Part shown: one piece after another, positions 22,665 to 33,000 of the stretch
How the letters are laid out: every line of letters begins with the position of its first letter
How positions within the stretch are numbered: the first letter of the stretch is position 1
DNA from: Octopus bimaculoides
Taxonomy: Eukaryota
Length of the DNA: 34,192 nt
Direction of reading: 5' to 3'
NCBI RefSeq assembly: GCF_001194135.2
Contig: NC_069004.1
Location: 32,469,973 to 32,504,164 of the forward strand
Position numbers and translations under genes: made by a program
Notes under the pieces: model-generated
What the model was told of the DNA's origin: nothing
The model's input: the letters and a program-made list of their open reading frames with translations, nothing else
The model's database searches: none

Positions 22665-23170
22665 TCTATCCTTTCTGTTCATTCTGTCCTTCCAATACTT
22701 CCCATATGTTCTTCTTTTCTATCCTTCCATTACGTTATTTCTGTCTCTCTTTTCTGTCCTTCCAATACTTTCCATATGTCCTTCCTTTCTATCCTTCTAT
22801 TATGTTCTTTCTGTTTGTTCTGTCCTTCCAATACTTCCCATATGTCCTTCCTTTCTATCCTTCCATTATGTTATTTCTGTCTATCCTATCTATTCATTCT
22901 GTCCTTCCAATACGTCTCATACATTCTTCCTTTCTATCCTTCCATTATGTTATTTCTGTCTATCCTATCTTTTCATTCTGTCCTTCCAATACTTTCCATA
23001 TGTCCTTCCTTTCTATCCTTCCATTACGTTATTCCTGTCTATTCTTCCTGTTTGTTCTGTCCTTCCAGTACTTCCCATATGTCCATTCTCCCTATCCTTC
23101 CTTCATATTCTTTCTATCTGTCTTTTCTATTCGTTCTATTCTTCCAATACTTCCTGCCTGTCCTTCCCAT
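22665..23170. repeat. Pyrimidine-rich minisatellite, 66-79-bp units, about 7 copies
   Basis: ttctgtccttccaatact-like starts at 22682, 22752, 22818, 22897, 22976, 23055 and (degenerate) 23134. Confidence 0.9.
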
Positions 23171-23574
23171 CTGTCCTTTACAATAGTTATGGCCAGAGTT
23201 TCTTACCAATCTTTTATTCTATTCTTTCTCTTTATTATTTCCATTAGATTCTTTCAACTTTCTCATTTCCTTTGTTTTTAAAGAGATTATTTTCATTTGT
23301 TGCTGACGTTGTTGTTGTAGGATGAGACTTTTAAGAACAATGATTTTCTTGAGTAGGTTTTTAATATTTGAAAGTTTTTGTGTAAAAAAAAAAAGCCTTG
23401 TAACCCCCCCCCCGTCTCCCCTTCTTTCTTTGTTGCTGTTGTTGTTTCAGTTATGAATGTATTTATTTATTTATTTATTTCCTCTTTAAAAAGAAAAAAA
23501 TAACAAACACCAGCTAAAATTACAAAATAAAGTAATATTATTTATGGACTTAGCGTTTTAGGTTTTTTTTTTAC

Positions 23575-23632
23575 TAGTTTTCACTATTTTTTTTATTAGT
23601 TTTCACTATTTTTTTTATTAGTTTGTTTCACT
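23575..23632. repeat. 22-bp tandem duplication (about 2.5 units)
   Basis: tagttttcactattttttttat at 23575 and 23597, then a partial unit. Confidence 0.8.
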
Positions 23633-24734
23633 TTCATGGTAAACATGTTCTCTTTGAACGATGAAACAGCAAAAAAAAAAAATCCAATAGGAAATAAAGA
23701 AAAACAAAATGAAAATAATAATAACAACAATAATAATGATATTTCTCCCCTCTTTAAAAAGAAAAATGAAATAAAACAAAAAACAAAAAAAAGCAAAGCA
23801 AAGAGAAGAACCAACCTAGCATGAATTAAAAATAATAATAATAATAAAAATTTCCTACAAACAAAAGGGCCAAACTTGGAAATTGTTATACAATAATTCT
23901 TGGCAATTTTAATATTTTTTTTTTGTTTTTGTTTATGTTAGATCTCTCATTCGTTGTATTAAATACAAAGAGAGAAAGTGAGTCTGTGAGTGGGTGGGAG
24001 TGGGCCAGGTTGGGCACAGGTCGAGTGAATTGAGGATGGAAATATCTTAGTAGGCATTTATATATTTTCTTTAACATCTTTCTTGTTTTTTTTTTTCGTA
24101 GTTAATTTATCTTTTTTTTTTTTTTTTTTTTGCAAAGATCATAGTCAACCGAAAAGTGATGGGTTAAAGTGGTTAAATGTGGCTAATGGAGCAGGATTAA
24201 GACAGAGAATAGAACATAGACACATCCACACACACATGCACAAAAGGAAAACAAAAAAAAAGACCCCAGAACTGTCATTAACTTGTTAAAAGCCATGGTT
24301 GTGTTAAGTGTATTGGCGATCATGTATGTGTGCGTGTGTGTGTTTTACTAGCCTTCGTTAAGTTATGCACTCTACTTAGCTTATCTCAGGTTGACCCCTT
24401 GCTATGAAATAATTAACAACTTTTTACTCCATGTTTATATTTTAACAATCTTTCAATCGATTCTTCCTAAAGCTGATAGAAATGCTGAAGTGATGTTCTG
24501 TTCTGTTCTGTTTTGAAACTGTGTATCTATGGCTTACAGCATTTAGGTGCCAATATTCTTTTATATTCTCCGTTCAAGTCATGCTTGTGTTGGTTTTTGT
24601 ATTCATCAGGTTTGTCCCTCTCCATCATACATTAACCTCTCAACATCTGGCATAAAGCCACCATAAAGTTACATACTCCCCCCCCCCCACTTAGTTGGCA
24701 GGGCTTTTTTCATTTTTCTTTACCTGTTTTGCTA

Positions 24735-24941
24735 GTTACTTGGCGACTTCACTGGTGCTGGTGCTGGTGGCACAAACAAAAAGCACTCAGTACTTACTGT
24801 ATAGTGGTTGATGTTAGGAAGAATATCCAGCTATAGAAATCATGTCAAAGCTGACAATGGACTTCAACACTGCCCTGTGCCTCACTGGAGCCTACCAAAC
24901 CATTCAACCCATGGTAAACAGATGTTAAAATGATGATGATG
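24735..24941 (+). mobile_element. Diverged RTE-type 3' end
   Basis: ggtgctggtggcac..aaaaagcac..agtggttgatgttaggaagaatatccagctatagaaa..ccattcaacccatg..gatgttaaaa(tga)n. Confidence 0.7.
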
Positions 24942-25029
24942 AGGGCTGGGGCAGGTCAGCAGATGAAAAGCCTTTTGATAAAGACCCATCTGGTTTTTAT
25001 ACGAAACTTCTCATTTTAAAATGAGCTGC

Positions 25030-25425
25030 ATAGTTTCGATCTCAATCCTACTGCATGGCACTTTGGGTAAGTGGCTTTTACTACAACCCTGGGCGAACCA
25101 CAATTATAGTAAGAAGACTTATGAGTGGATTTGATAGACAAACTGAAAGGAGCACATTGAGTGTGTGTGTGTGTGTGTGTTAGTGTCTCCTTGTCTTGAC
25201 ATTGTGTGATACTTGTAAATGAGTGTCACTGTTATACAAGCAGTGTCTTTCATTTCTAGTATTTTGTGGAAACATGTTTGGTCATGAGGAAATATTACTT
25301 TGTTTGGGAACAGGTGAGGCTTGGTGACAAGACAGGCATCTGGCTGAGGAAAACCTGCATCTGTGAATTGCATCCAACCCATGCAAGCATGGAAAAGCGG
25401 ATGTTAAAATAATTATGATGATGAT
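25030..25425 (+). mobile_element. SINE family A with (TG)n hinge and tail type 2
   Basis: catggcactttgggtaagtggc (CORE-like), gagtggatttg.tagac.aactgaaagga, (TG)n, gtgtctccttgtcttgac..aacaggtgagg..ggcatctggctg..ccaacccatgcaagcatggaaaagcggatgttaaaa. Confidence 0.8.
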
Positions 25426-25669
25426 ATGTATTTAAATATTTAATGTATGCGTGTAAATAAGTTGTTTACTCTATATCCATCTTCTGATAACGGTGTGTGT
25501 GTGTGTGTGTGTGTGTATAATTTATTAATTCTTTGTTTACGATTCTGCCAACACATATATCTTGGTTCTACCATTATTCCAACAAACATATTTCCTCTGA
25601 AAGATTCTCAGGATATTTACTGGAGATTATTGAACAAAGAAAAAACAGCAAAGAAACTTGAAGCTACAT

Positions 25670-26100
25670 CAATAACAATGGTGGTGGTGGTAGTAGTGTC
25701 ATCACTACTACTACTACTACTACTACTACTGCTACTGCTACTGCTGCTGCTGTTGCTTGTATTGGTGATGATGTGATTGTGATTGTAATGGTGGTGGTTT
25801 TTGGGAGAATGTCACTGTTGTTATTGTTGGCAATGATGATGGTGGTGGTAGTGGTGGTGGTGGTGGAGGGGCTGACACTATTTGATGCCTATGTTGATGC
25901 TGGTGATGGAATGATTGTATGTGGGTGATGATGATGATGATGGCAGTGATGGCAAGGATGGTGATGAAGCTTAGAATTATGTTGATAATGATGATGATTA
26001 TGTTGGTAGAAGTGGGAGTGGAAGAAAATGACACTGCTGCTGCTTATGTTGATGGTGGTGGTGGTGGTGTGGTGGTGGTGGTGGTGGTAGTACTAACAAG
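25670..26100. repeat. Compound degenerate trinucleotide tract (CTA/CTG/GGT/GAT)
   Basis: Visible triplet runs; account for ORFs 25447, 25738 and 25919. Confidence 0.85.
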
Positions 26101-26107
26101 GAGCAGA

Positions 26108-26315
26108 GATGGTGGCAGAAACATTAGCACGCCGAGTGCAATGCTTAGCGGTATTTCATCTGTCTTTACATTCTGAGTTCAAATTCCGCCAAGGTCAACT
26201 TTGCCTTTCATCCTTTCAGGGGTAATAAATTAAGTACCAGTTGCATACTGGGGATCGATCTAATCGACTGGCTCCCTTCCCCAAAATTTCAGGCCTTGTG
26301 CTTAGAGTAGAAAAG
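26108..26315 (+). mobile_element. SINE family B, near full length
   Basis: gtggcagaaacattagc..atgcttagcggtatttc..gagttcaaattcc..catcctttc..taagtaccagttgcatactggg..ccttgtgcttagagtagaaaag. Confidence 0.9.
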
Positions 26316-26689
26316 AAAAGAAAAAGATGGTGGCAATGAAACTGAGTACGATGATGATGATGATGATGATGATGGAGGTGGCGATGATAATGATGAAAGT
26401 GATGACATATCCCAGTGTTAATGAGGATTAGATTACCTAATCTAATTCTATTCCTTAAGACTATTGCAGTTGAAATTTCATTTCCATTCTTATTAATTTC
26501 ACTTGATTTTATTCAGACATTCGCCTCTCTCATATTTTGTCTGCTTCTGACTTCACCAATGTTTTATCCAAAACTCTGGCTTGTTTATCAGTTTATCTAG
26601 ATTCTGGTCAGTCTAGTATTTTATTCACACTCTGGCTTGTCCAATATTTTATCCAAATTCTGGCCTGCCTATAGTTCAAATAACTGCAC

Positions 26690-27010
26690 ATCTTTTATCT
26701 TTTATGACTGTGGCCATGCTGGAGCACTGCCTTGAAAAATCTTTAATTGAATGAATCAACCTGATACCTTTTTTTTTTTAGTCTGGTACTTATTCTATTG
26801 TTGTCTTTTGCCAAGCCACTAAGTTATGGGGACATAACCCCCCCCCATATATATATATATATATATATATATACGATGGGATTGTTTCAGTTTTTGTCTA
26901 CCAAATCCACTCAAAAGGTTTTGGTCAGCCTGTGGCTATAATAGAAGACACTTGCCCAAGGTGCCATGCAATGGGGCTAAACCCAGAACCATGTGGTTGG
27001 GAAGCAAGGT
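26690..27010 (-). mobile_element. SINE family A with tail type 1
   Basis: gactgtggccatgctggagcac..ggtacttattcta..cttttgcc..ctaagtta (reverse-complement tail 1), (TA)n, then ttcagtt..ctaccaaatccactc..agaagacacttgcccaaggtgcc..aacccagaaccatgtggttgggaagc (reverse-complement head). Confidence 0.87.
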
Positions 27011-27318
27011 CGAAGTGATTGAAACATTCTTCTTCAGTTTGTTGTATTCACCACAGCCAAGACCATTCTGGAGCATTATATATAAATTAAAAAAAACAAA
27101 AAAGAAAAAACGATTCTTTTCTAAAGATGAAGTTATTAGTCGGAGAAATAATAATCTCAGCTCAGACATTTTGAGATTTAATAATTCGTTATTTGTTTGT
27201 TTGTTTTATAATTAAGACTAAAATAAAATGTCTGAATGAATCAATGAATAACTGGAGTCTCTGCTTTTATGTCTCTCAAACTGTTAACCTTTTGTCAGTT
27301 AATGTAGCTGCTATGTTA

Positions 27319-27515
27319 GGTCATGACTACCAGAACCTGTGGGGAGTTTATTGAAAAGGGTCTAGCATCTGATCCAGGGAGATATTTTGCTACCAAACTG
27401 GTGAGGGAGCCTCTGTATGGTTGATAACCTATTAGGAGTAGCAACCAAATCTTCTTCAAAGTGCACCTTACCATCTTAAAAAAGAAAAAGCAGGGCACAT
27501 AGGATAATTTAGTTA
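27319..27515 (-). mobile_element. Family C fragments
   Basis: gggagcctctgtatggttga..agtagcaaccaaatc..caaagtgcacc.taccatcttaaaa is the reverse complement of the family C 3' part; 27319-27380 resembles its 5' part. Confidence 0.55.
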
Positions 27516-27751
27516 CACACACAATTTCATGGCTGGAGTGCCTTCATCATATCTCTGCTCAATGAATTTGTTCACCTCATCTTGACATCACATTGCAAAC
27601 TTATTTGGAAACAGCTGAACATTGGTGACAAGATTGTTATTCAGCTCTGAAAATCAACTTCAATGAATTCCATCTGACCGATGCATGTGCAAAAAAGTGG
27701 TTGTTAAAAGAATGACAATGATGTTGAAAATATATATATATCGCACCGAAA

Positions 27752-27835
<84 letters not shown>

Positions 27836-28343
27836 GTATATAAAGAGAGAGAGAGAGAGATGTAATAAATCTAAAACTACACAATTTACTTTTTAGCATG
27901 ATGTAAAACAGAGAGAGAGACTTTGGAAGTGAATGTTATTACATTTGTTTTCAACATCTTTCAATCAGAGAATTTGATCTAAACAAAATATAATAAAGCA
28001 AAGCAAAACAAAAAGAAAATTAAAAACAAGCCAACAATATTTAAGGAAATCACAGCCCTGTCATTTCTTATATGGTTGCTTTGTCTTGTCTTCTTTGCAT
28101 GCCAACCAGAATCACTAGCTGCATTTTTACTGTCGTGCCAGCCATATTCACTAGCCATATTCTTAGTGGGTCGTCGTTTTGGATTAAACACAATACCACT
28201 TGTCGATTTGTAAAGTCATTTAGTTGTCATGTTGCATTAGGCTTTCAACTAGACACACAGACAGAGAGAAAGTTGGACAATTGAAGTTCTGCATTGTTTG
28301 TCTGTCTGTGATTATTGCCAAACTTAGTTGTGAAATATCAGTT

Positions 28344-28462
28344 TTATGACATGAACAGTGATAGATTGTTCTTGTTGATATTGTCGATTTTGCTTGTTAT
28401 TCTGGGGGTTGAGGGTGGGTTTCTGCTTGGTAAGGAAGGTTCGCCACTGGTCAGCTTTTCAC
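28344..28462 (-). CDS. Candidate terminal coding exon of a host gene: (G)EKLTSGEPSLPSRNPPSTPRITSKIDNINKNNLSLFMS*
   Basis: Strong acceptor ttttttaaaatttctttttcatcag|G (AG at 28464-28463). Only the phase-1 frame is open, running 38 codons to TAA at 28346-28344. Non-repetitive; contains PxxPxR and PxxxPR motifs. Protein not recognised and no upstream exon found. Confidence 0.45.
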
Positions 28463-28830
28463 CTGATGAAAAAGAAATTTTAAAAAAATCAAAAAACATG
28501 AAAAAAAAGCCATTTATGTACCATATGTAATGTACCATTGATACTGCAGTGTGCTTTCTGAGATGATCTCTCTTATGGATGTGCCTTGTTAAAAACACAA
28601 TAAATTTTAGAGAGAGAAGAAAAATCACCTCAGCAGTTGCCAGCAAGAACCCCAGGTATATTTTGGCCTTTTTGTCCTCTTCAATGATGTGTATTCACAT
28701 CCTGTCACAAGGTTAGACAAGAATTCATATGCATCATTCAAAAAATCCCAAAATGCATCTGGTGTTCTTGCTGCCTGCTGCTGGGGGGGGGGGGATTATC
28801 TTTTGTATCCCTCTGACATTTATTGTGTTT

Positions 28831-29030
28831 TTAACCCTTTAGCACTTGAAACAGATACAATATTTGGGCCATATATGGCCTATTTATATTCAAACTGACC
28901 AGATACAACCTCTCACACCTACTCTTCAACGCCATTCTAAAACTATACTATCACATCATTGAAATCTCAAGCTATGGAGATAATGTAAGATTAATTCGAA
29001 ACACTGAATAAATAAGCATTACCAAAAAAA
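28831..29030 (+). mobile_element. TTAA-type (piggyBac-like) MITE, right end lost in the assembly gap
   Basis: Begins ttaa|ccctttagca, the same TTAA-CCCTT start as 33592; AT-rich non-coding body; cut by the A-run and N gap. Confidence 0.55.
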
Positions 29031-29144
29031 AAAAAANNNNNNNNNNNNNNNNNNNNNNNNNNNNNNNNNNNNNNNNNNNNNNNNNNNNNNNNNNNNNNNN
29101 NNNNNNNNNNNNNNNNNNNNNNNNNNNNNNNATTGGAGAAAATA

Positions 29145-29690
29145 GTTTGCAGAATTTGTTCAAGTTGTCTTTATATTCCGAGTTCCAATCCTGCCAAGGT
29201 CAATTTTATTTTCACATCCTTTCAGAGTCAATTAAATAAAGTACCACTGGGGAGGCGGGGGGTGGAGGCAATGTAATCAACTAATTCCATTCTTCTAGAA
29301 TTGCTGGCTGTGTACCAAAATTCATGGCTATCATCATCATCATCATCAAAATGAGCTGACAGAATCATTACAGTGCTGGGCAAAATGCTTAGCGGCATTT
29401 CGTCCGTCTTTATGTTCTGAGTTCAAATTCCACTGAGGTTGACTTTGCCTTTCATCATTTTGGGGTTGATGAAATTATGTGCCAGTTGATGTAGCCAAAA
29501 TTGCTGGCCTTGTGTCAAAATTTGAAACCATTATTGTCATTATTATTATTGTTATTATTATTATTATTATTATTATTGGAATGTCTTGGTGTATTTAGCA
29601 ATGTCCCTTTACATTCTGAAGTCAAATCACAGAGCAGTCATTTGCTGCTTATCCTTCAGGGATCAATAAATTAAGAAACAAAGATTTTTA
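29145..29690 (+). mobile_element. Three head-to-tail family B SINEs (about 29145-29325, 29350-29535, 29578-29690)
   Basis: Three B-box and central-domain segments (gagttccaat, gagttcaaat, gaagtcaaat), separated by (ATC)n and (ATT)n tails. Confidence 0.78.
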
Positions 29691-29934
29691 TTGACATTAA
29701 TCAATTATACCGCATCAATGAAAATGTGAGAATTTTAGTCCTTTAGTTTGTTTTAGCCATCATGGCTAAGGCCAAACTGGAGCACTGTCTTCATGCTAGA
29801 ACACCATCGATGTTAGAAATTATTATTATTGTTGTTGTTCTTCTTAGGAATCCTATAAAATCTCAATTCGCTGAAATAATCACCGAAAGCCAGGAGCAGC
29901 TGAGAATACTTTCCTATTTTATGTTATTTAGGTC

Positions 29935-30320
29935 ACTGTGTGTGTGTGTGTGTGTGTGTGTGGAGAATGTGTGTTATTGCATGTTTGTGTGGAGAATGTG
30001 TGTTGGTGTATTACTCTGTGTGTGTGTGTGTGTGTTATTGCATGTTTGTGCGTGTGGAGAATGTGTGTGTTGGTGTATTGCTCTGTGTGTGTGTGTGTGT
30101 GCGTGTGACTAGATGTATAAGAATGTGTGTGTGCTATAGCTGTATGTGTGCATATAGCTATATAAGTGTGTAGCTTTGTGTGTGTGTGTGACTTGTGTAT
30201 AAGCTATGTGTAGGTTTGTGTGTGCAGCTGTGTATTTGTGTGTGTGTGTGTGTGTGTGTAGCTATAACTGTGTGTAATCCTGTCTTTGCTCTGTGTGTGT
30301 ATTAGTGTGTGTGTGTGTAA
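29935..30320. repeat. Higher-order TG-based compound repeat
   Basis: Modules ggagaatgtgtgtt, attgcatgtttgtg and ggtgtatt(a/g)ctctg recur between (TG)n runs. Confidence 0.75.
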
Positions 30321-30504
30321 AATATGTGCTGAGCCAAATTATATATGCTTGACCTTCCTCCCATTCAGCAACTGAACTGTGTATCTCTCTCCTGTGATAA
30401 CAGGAGAAGGCATGGGTGGAGTGGTGAAAGTGGTGGTTCAAGATGGTTTATCTTGTGTCTTTCTGTACTGTGGAACAAGGTTCATTTCACAGTGTTATAG
30501 GTGG

Positions 30505-30603
30505 CATTATTATTATTATCATTATTATTATTATTATTATCATTATTATTATTATTATTATTATCATTATTATTATTATCATTATTATTATTATTATCAT
30601 TAT
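30505..30603. repeat. (ATT)n/(ATC) microsatellite
   Basis: Triplet run of about 100 bp directly upstream of a SINE B array. Confidence 0.92.
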
Positions 30604-30610
30604 GATGCGT

Positions 30611-31206
30611 AAGGTGGTGAGGTGGCAGAACTGTTAGCATGCTGGGTAAAATGCTTAGTGACGTTTCATCCATCTTTACATTCTGAGTTCAAATTCCACT
30701 GAGGTCGACTTTACCTTTCGGGGTCAATAAAATAAGAACCAGTTGATCACCAGGGTCAATGTAATTGGCTCATCCCCTCCCCCAAGATTGCTGCCTTTGT
30801 GGCAAGGTGGTGAACTGGCAGAATTGTTAGCATGCTGGGTGAAATGCTTAGCAATATTTCATCAGCTGCTACATTCTGAGTTCGAGGGTCAATAAATTAA
30901 GTACCAGTTGAGTACTGGGGTCGATGTAATCGACTTGCCTCCTCCCCTCAAATTTCAGGCCTTGTGCCTATAGTACAAAAGATTATTATTATGAGCAAGA
31001 CAGTAAGCTGGCAGAGCCATTAGCATGCTTGGCAAAATGTTTAATGACATTTCATCTGTCTTTATGTTCTGAGTTCAAATCCCACCGAGGTCAACTTGGC
31101 CTTTCATCCTTTCTGCTATAGGCACAAGGCCTGAAATTTTGGACAAAGGGGCTAATTAATTACATTGATCCCAGTGCTGGACTGATACTTAGTTTATCAG
31201 CCCTGG
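30611..31206 (+). mobile_element. Three tandem family B SINEs (30611-30801, 30804-30992, 30998-31112); the 3' half of the last is inverted (31111-31206)
   Basis: Three aagg..ctggcag heads. Copies 1 and 2 have internal deletions before gggtc; copy 3 stops at catcctttc and is followed by the reverse complement of the missing 3' half. Confidence 0.85.
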
Positions 31207-31224
31207 ACAGGATCTTGGTCTGTC

Positions 31225-31370
31225 TCAGGGTTACTCACTTTTGCTAGCTGAGTGGACTGGGGCAACATGAAAGGAAGTGTCTTGCGCAAGAACATAACAC
31301 ATTGCCTTGTCCAGGAATCAAACCCACAAACACTATCATGAGTTTGACACCCTAAACATTAAGCCATGGA
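31225..31370 (-). mobile_element. SINE family D head (tRNA-like) plus CORE-like segment
   Basis: Reverse complement: atggcttaatgtttagggtg..gggtttgattcctgg..gttcttgcgcaagacactt..ttgccccagtccactcagctagcaaaagtgag. Confidence 0.65.
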
Positions 31371-31439
31371 CCTCTTTGATACTAAGCTATACTCATCTGC
31401 AAATGATGGTTAAGCTTTTTTTGGTAAGTGTTAGTGTGA

Positions 31440-31635
31440 TTTTTCAGCCCTAATCCAGCAGACCTATGACCAAAGGAGGGCCAGCCATGACCACCCCATC
31501 CTGTTTTTTTTATTTTTCGTATACTATAGACCACATTTTCCAAGTGTTTTTTTTTCCCCTCTATGATGATGAGATGGGAGTTGAAATTTAGCAGCTACTT
31601 TTAGCAGGTTCCAGGACTATGTACAGGTCCTCTTC
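31440..31635 (+). mobile_element. Interspersed repeat family C
   Basis: cagccctaatccagcagacctatgaccaaagg..ccagccatgacc..gaccacattttccaagtg..ttagcagctacttttagcagg..gactatgtacagg. Confidence 0.6.
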
Positions 31636-32175
31636 CATTGGTGATGGTCAGGTTTTTTGTTGCTGTAATTGTCAGTTTTAGTGATGGAAATGCTGCCTCT
31701 GTTGTCAGGATTAAATTGCAAAATGAGTTCTCCTTATTCTTGAGATTTCTTTGTAATTATTTTTTCATTTATTCTTTCTTTTTTGTTCTTGTATATTTTT
31801 TTTTATTGGTTTAGCTTTCTTTTGTTCATTTTCTTTGTTTCTGCCCAAAAGGTGCCATCTCTATTTAACACTGTTGATTGTTCTTGTAACCATACCAAAA
31901 ATATATTATTGGCAACGCTGTCCCTCTTCCCATCCCTATACCCCCTCCTCCTTCTCGTCTTCCTCTTCCTCCTTACCTTTTCTCACTTCTTCACCATTTA
32001 TTGTTATTGTTGTTCTTGTTTATCATTCTACTAAAATATTGCCAGTTTGGTTATTAAGCAGCTGCCAGTGCCGGGGAAAGGCAGAGGGTTGGTGCCTTGG
32101 TGTTGTCGAAGCAGAGCTAAATTCTAGTTTGAAAGTGTTATTTTATTGATTAGAGCAAGTCAACGATGGACTTTG

Positions 32176-32208
<33 letters not shown>

Positions 32209-32249
32209 TGTGCGAAAATAGATGAAAACGGGGAAAAAAAGTATATCTT

Positions 32250-32660
32250 GTTTGCATAAAATTATCATCACCTTCTGTCATCATCATCATTGTCATGGTC
32301 ATCATAGTGCTATCATAAACATCATCCTCCTCATAGCCATCATAATCATCATCATTGCTGTCATCGTAATTATCATCATCGTCATCATCATCTCTATCAG
32401 ACATCACTGTCAGTAGAGTTACCATTTTCACCATCATCATCATCATCATTGTAATTATCACTTTCGTTATAATTTTCATTATTGCCGTCGTCATCATGGC
32501 CATCATTATTGCTCTCATAAGCATCCTTATCCTTTATAATCATCACTGCTATCACAATCATTGCTTTCTTTATAATTATCATTATTGCCATCACCATCAT
32601 TAGCAACATCATCATCCTCAACATTTTCTGTTATCTACTATCAGCAACAAGTGTTATCGT
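32250..32660. repeat. Long degenerate (ATC/ATT)n cryptic-simple tract
   Basis: Triplet periodicity throughout; produces the Asp/Asn/Met-rich pseudo-ORFs. Confidence 0.85.
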
Positions 32661-32796
32661 TGTTGCTGTGGGTGGAAGTGGGGAGGGGGGAACCTTTGTC
32701 TTAATCAGTTTCATCTCCATCATTGCTTTACCAGTAATCTTCTTTTTAATTATTGTAATTATTATTATTATTGTTGTTGTTATTATTATTATTAAT

Positions 32797-32979
32797 CTGG
32801 CAGAATCGTTAGCATGCCAGGCAAAATGCTTAGTGGCATTTCGTCCATCTTTACGTTCTGAGTTCAAATTCTGCTGAGGTTGGCTTTTGCCTTTCATCCT
32901 TTTGGTGAAGGTTGATACAATGAGCACCATTTGAACACTAAGATCAACGAAATTGTTGGTCTTGTACCAAAATTTGAAA
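32797..32979 (+). mobile_element. SINE family B
   Basis: ctggcagaatcgttagcatgccaggcaaaatgcttagtggc..gagttcaaattc..cttgtaccaaaatttgaaa(tca)n, preceded by (ATT)n. Confidence 0.85.
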
Positions 32980-33000
32980 TCATCATCATCATCATCATCA

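Noticed and set aside
22662-23281. 174-aa and 191-aa hydrophobic ORFs
   Set aside because: Stop-poor pyrimidine minisatellite; unit lengths of 70 and 79 bp are not multiples of three.
28630-28702. Minus-strand exon-like segment upstream of the candidate terminal exon
   Set aside because: Its only open frame ends in phase 2 and would hit a stop immediately on splicing to 28462.
29846-29931. Plus-strand segment NPIKSQFAEIITESQEQLRIL after a cttcttag acceptor
   Set aside because: No good donor and no homology recognised.
32150-32624. Asp/Asn-rich ORFs resembling acidic biomineralisation proteins
   Set aside because: They arise from a degenerate (ATC)n tract; several frames on both strands are open and no splice or start context is visible.
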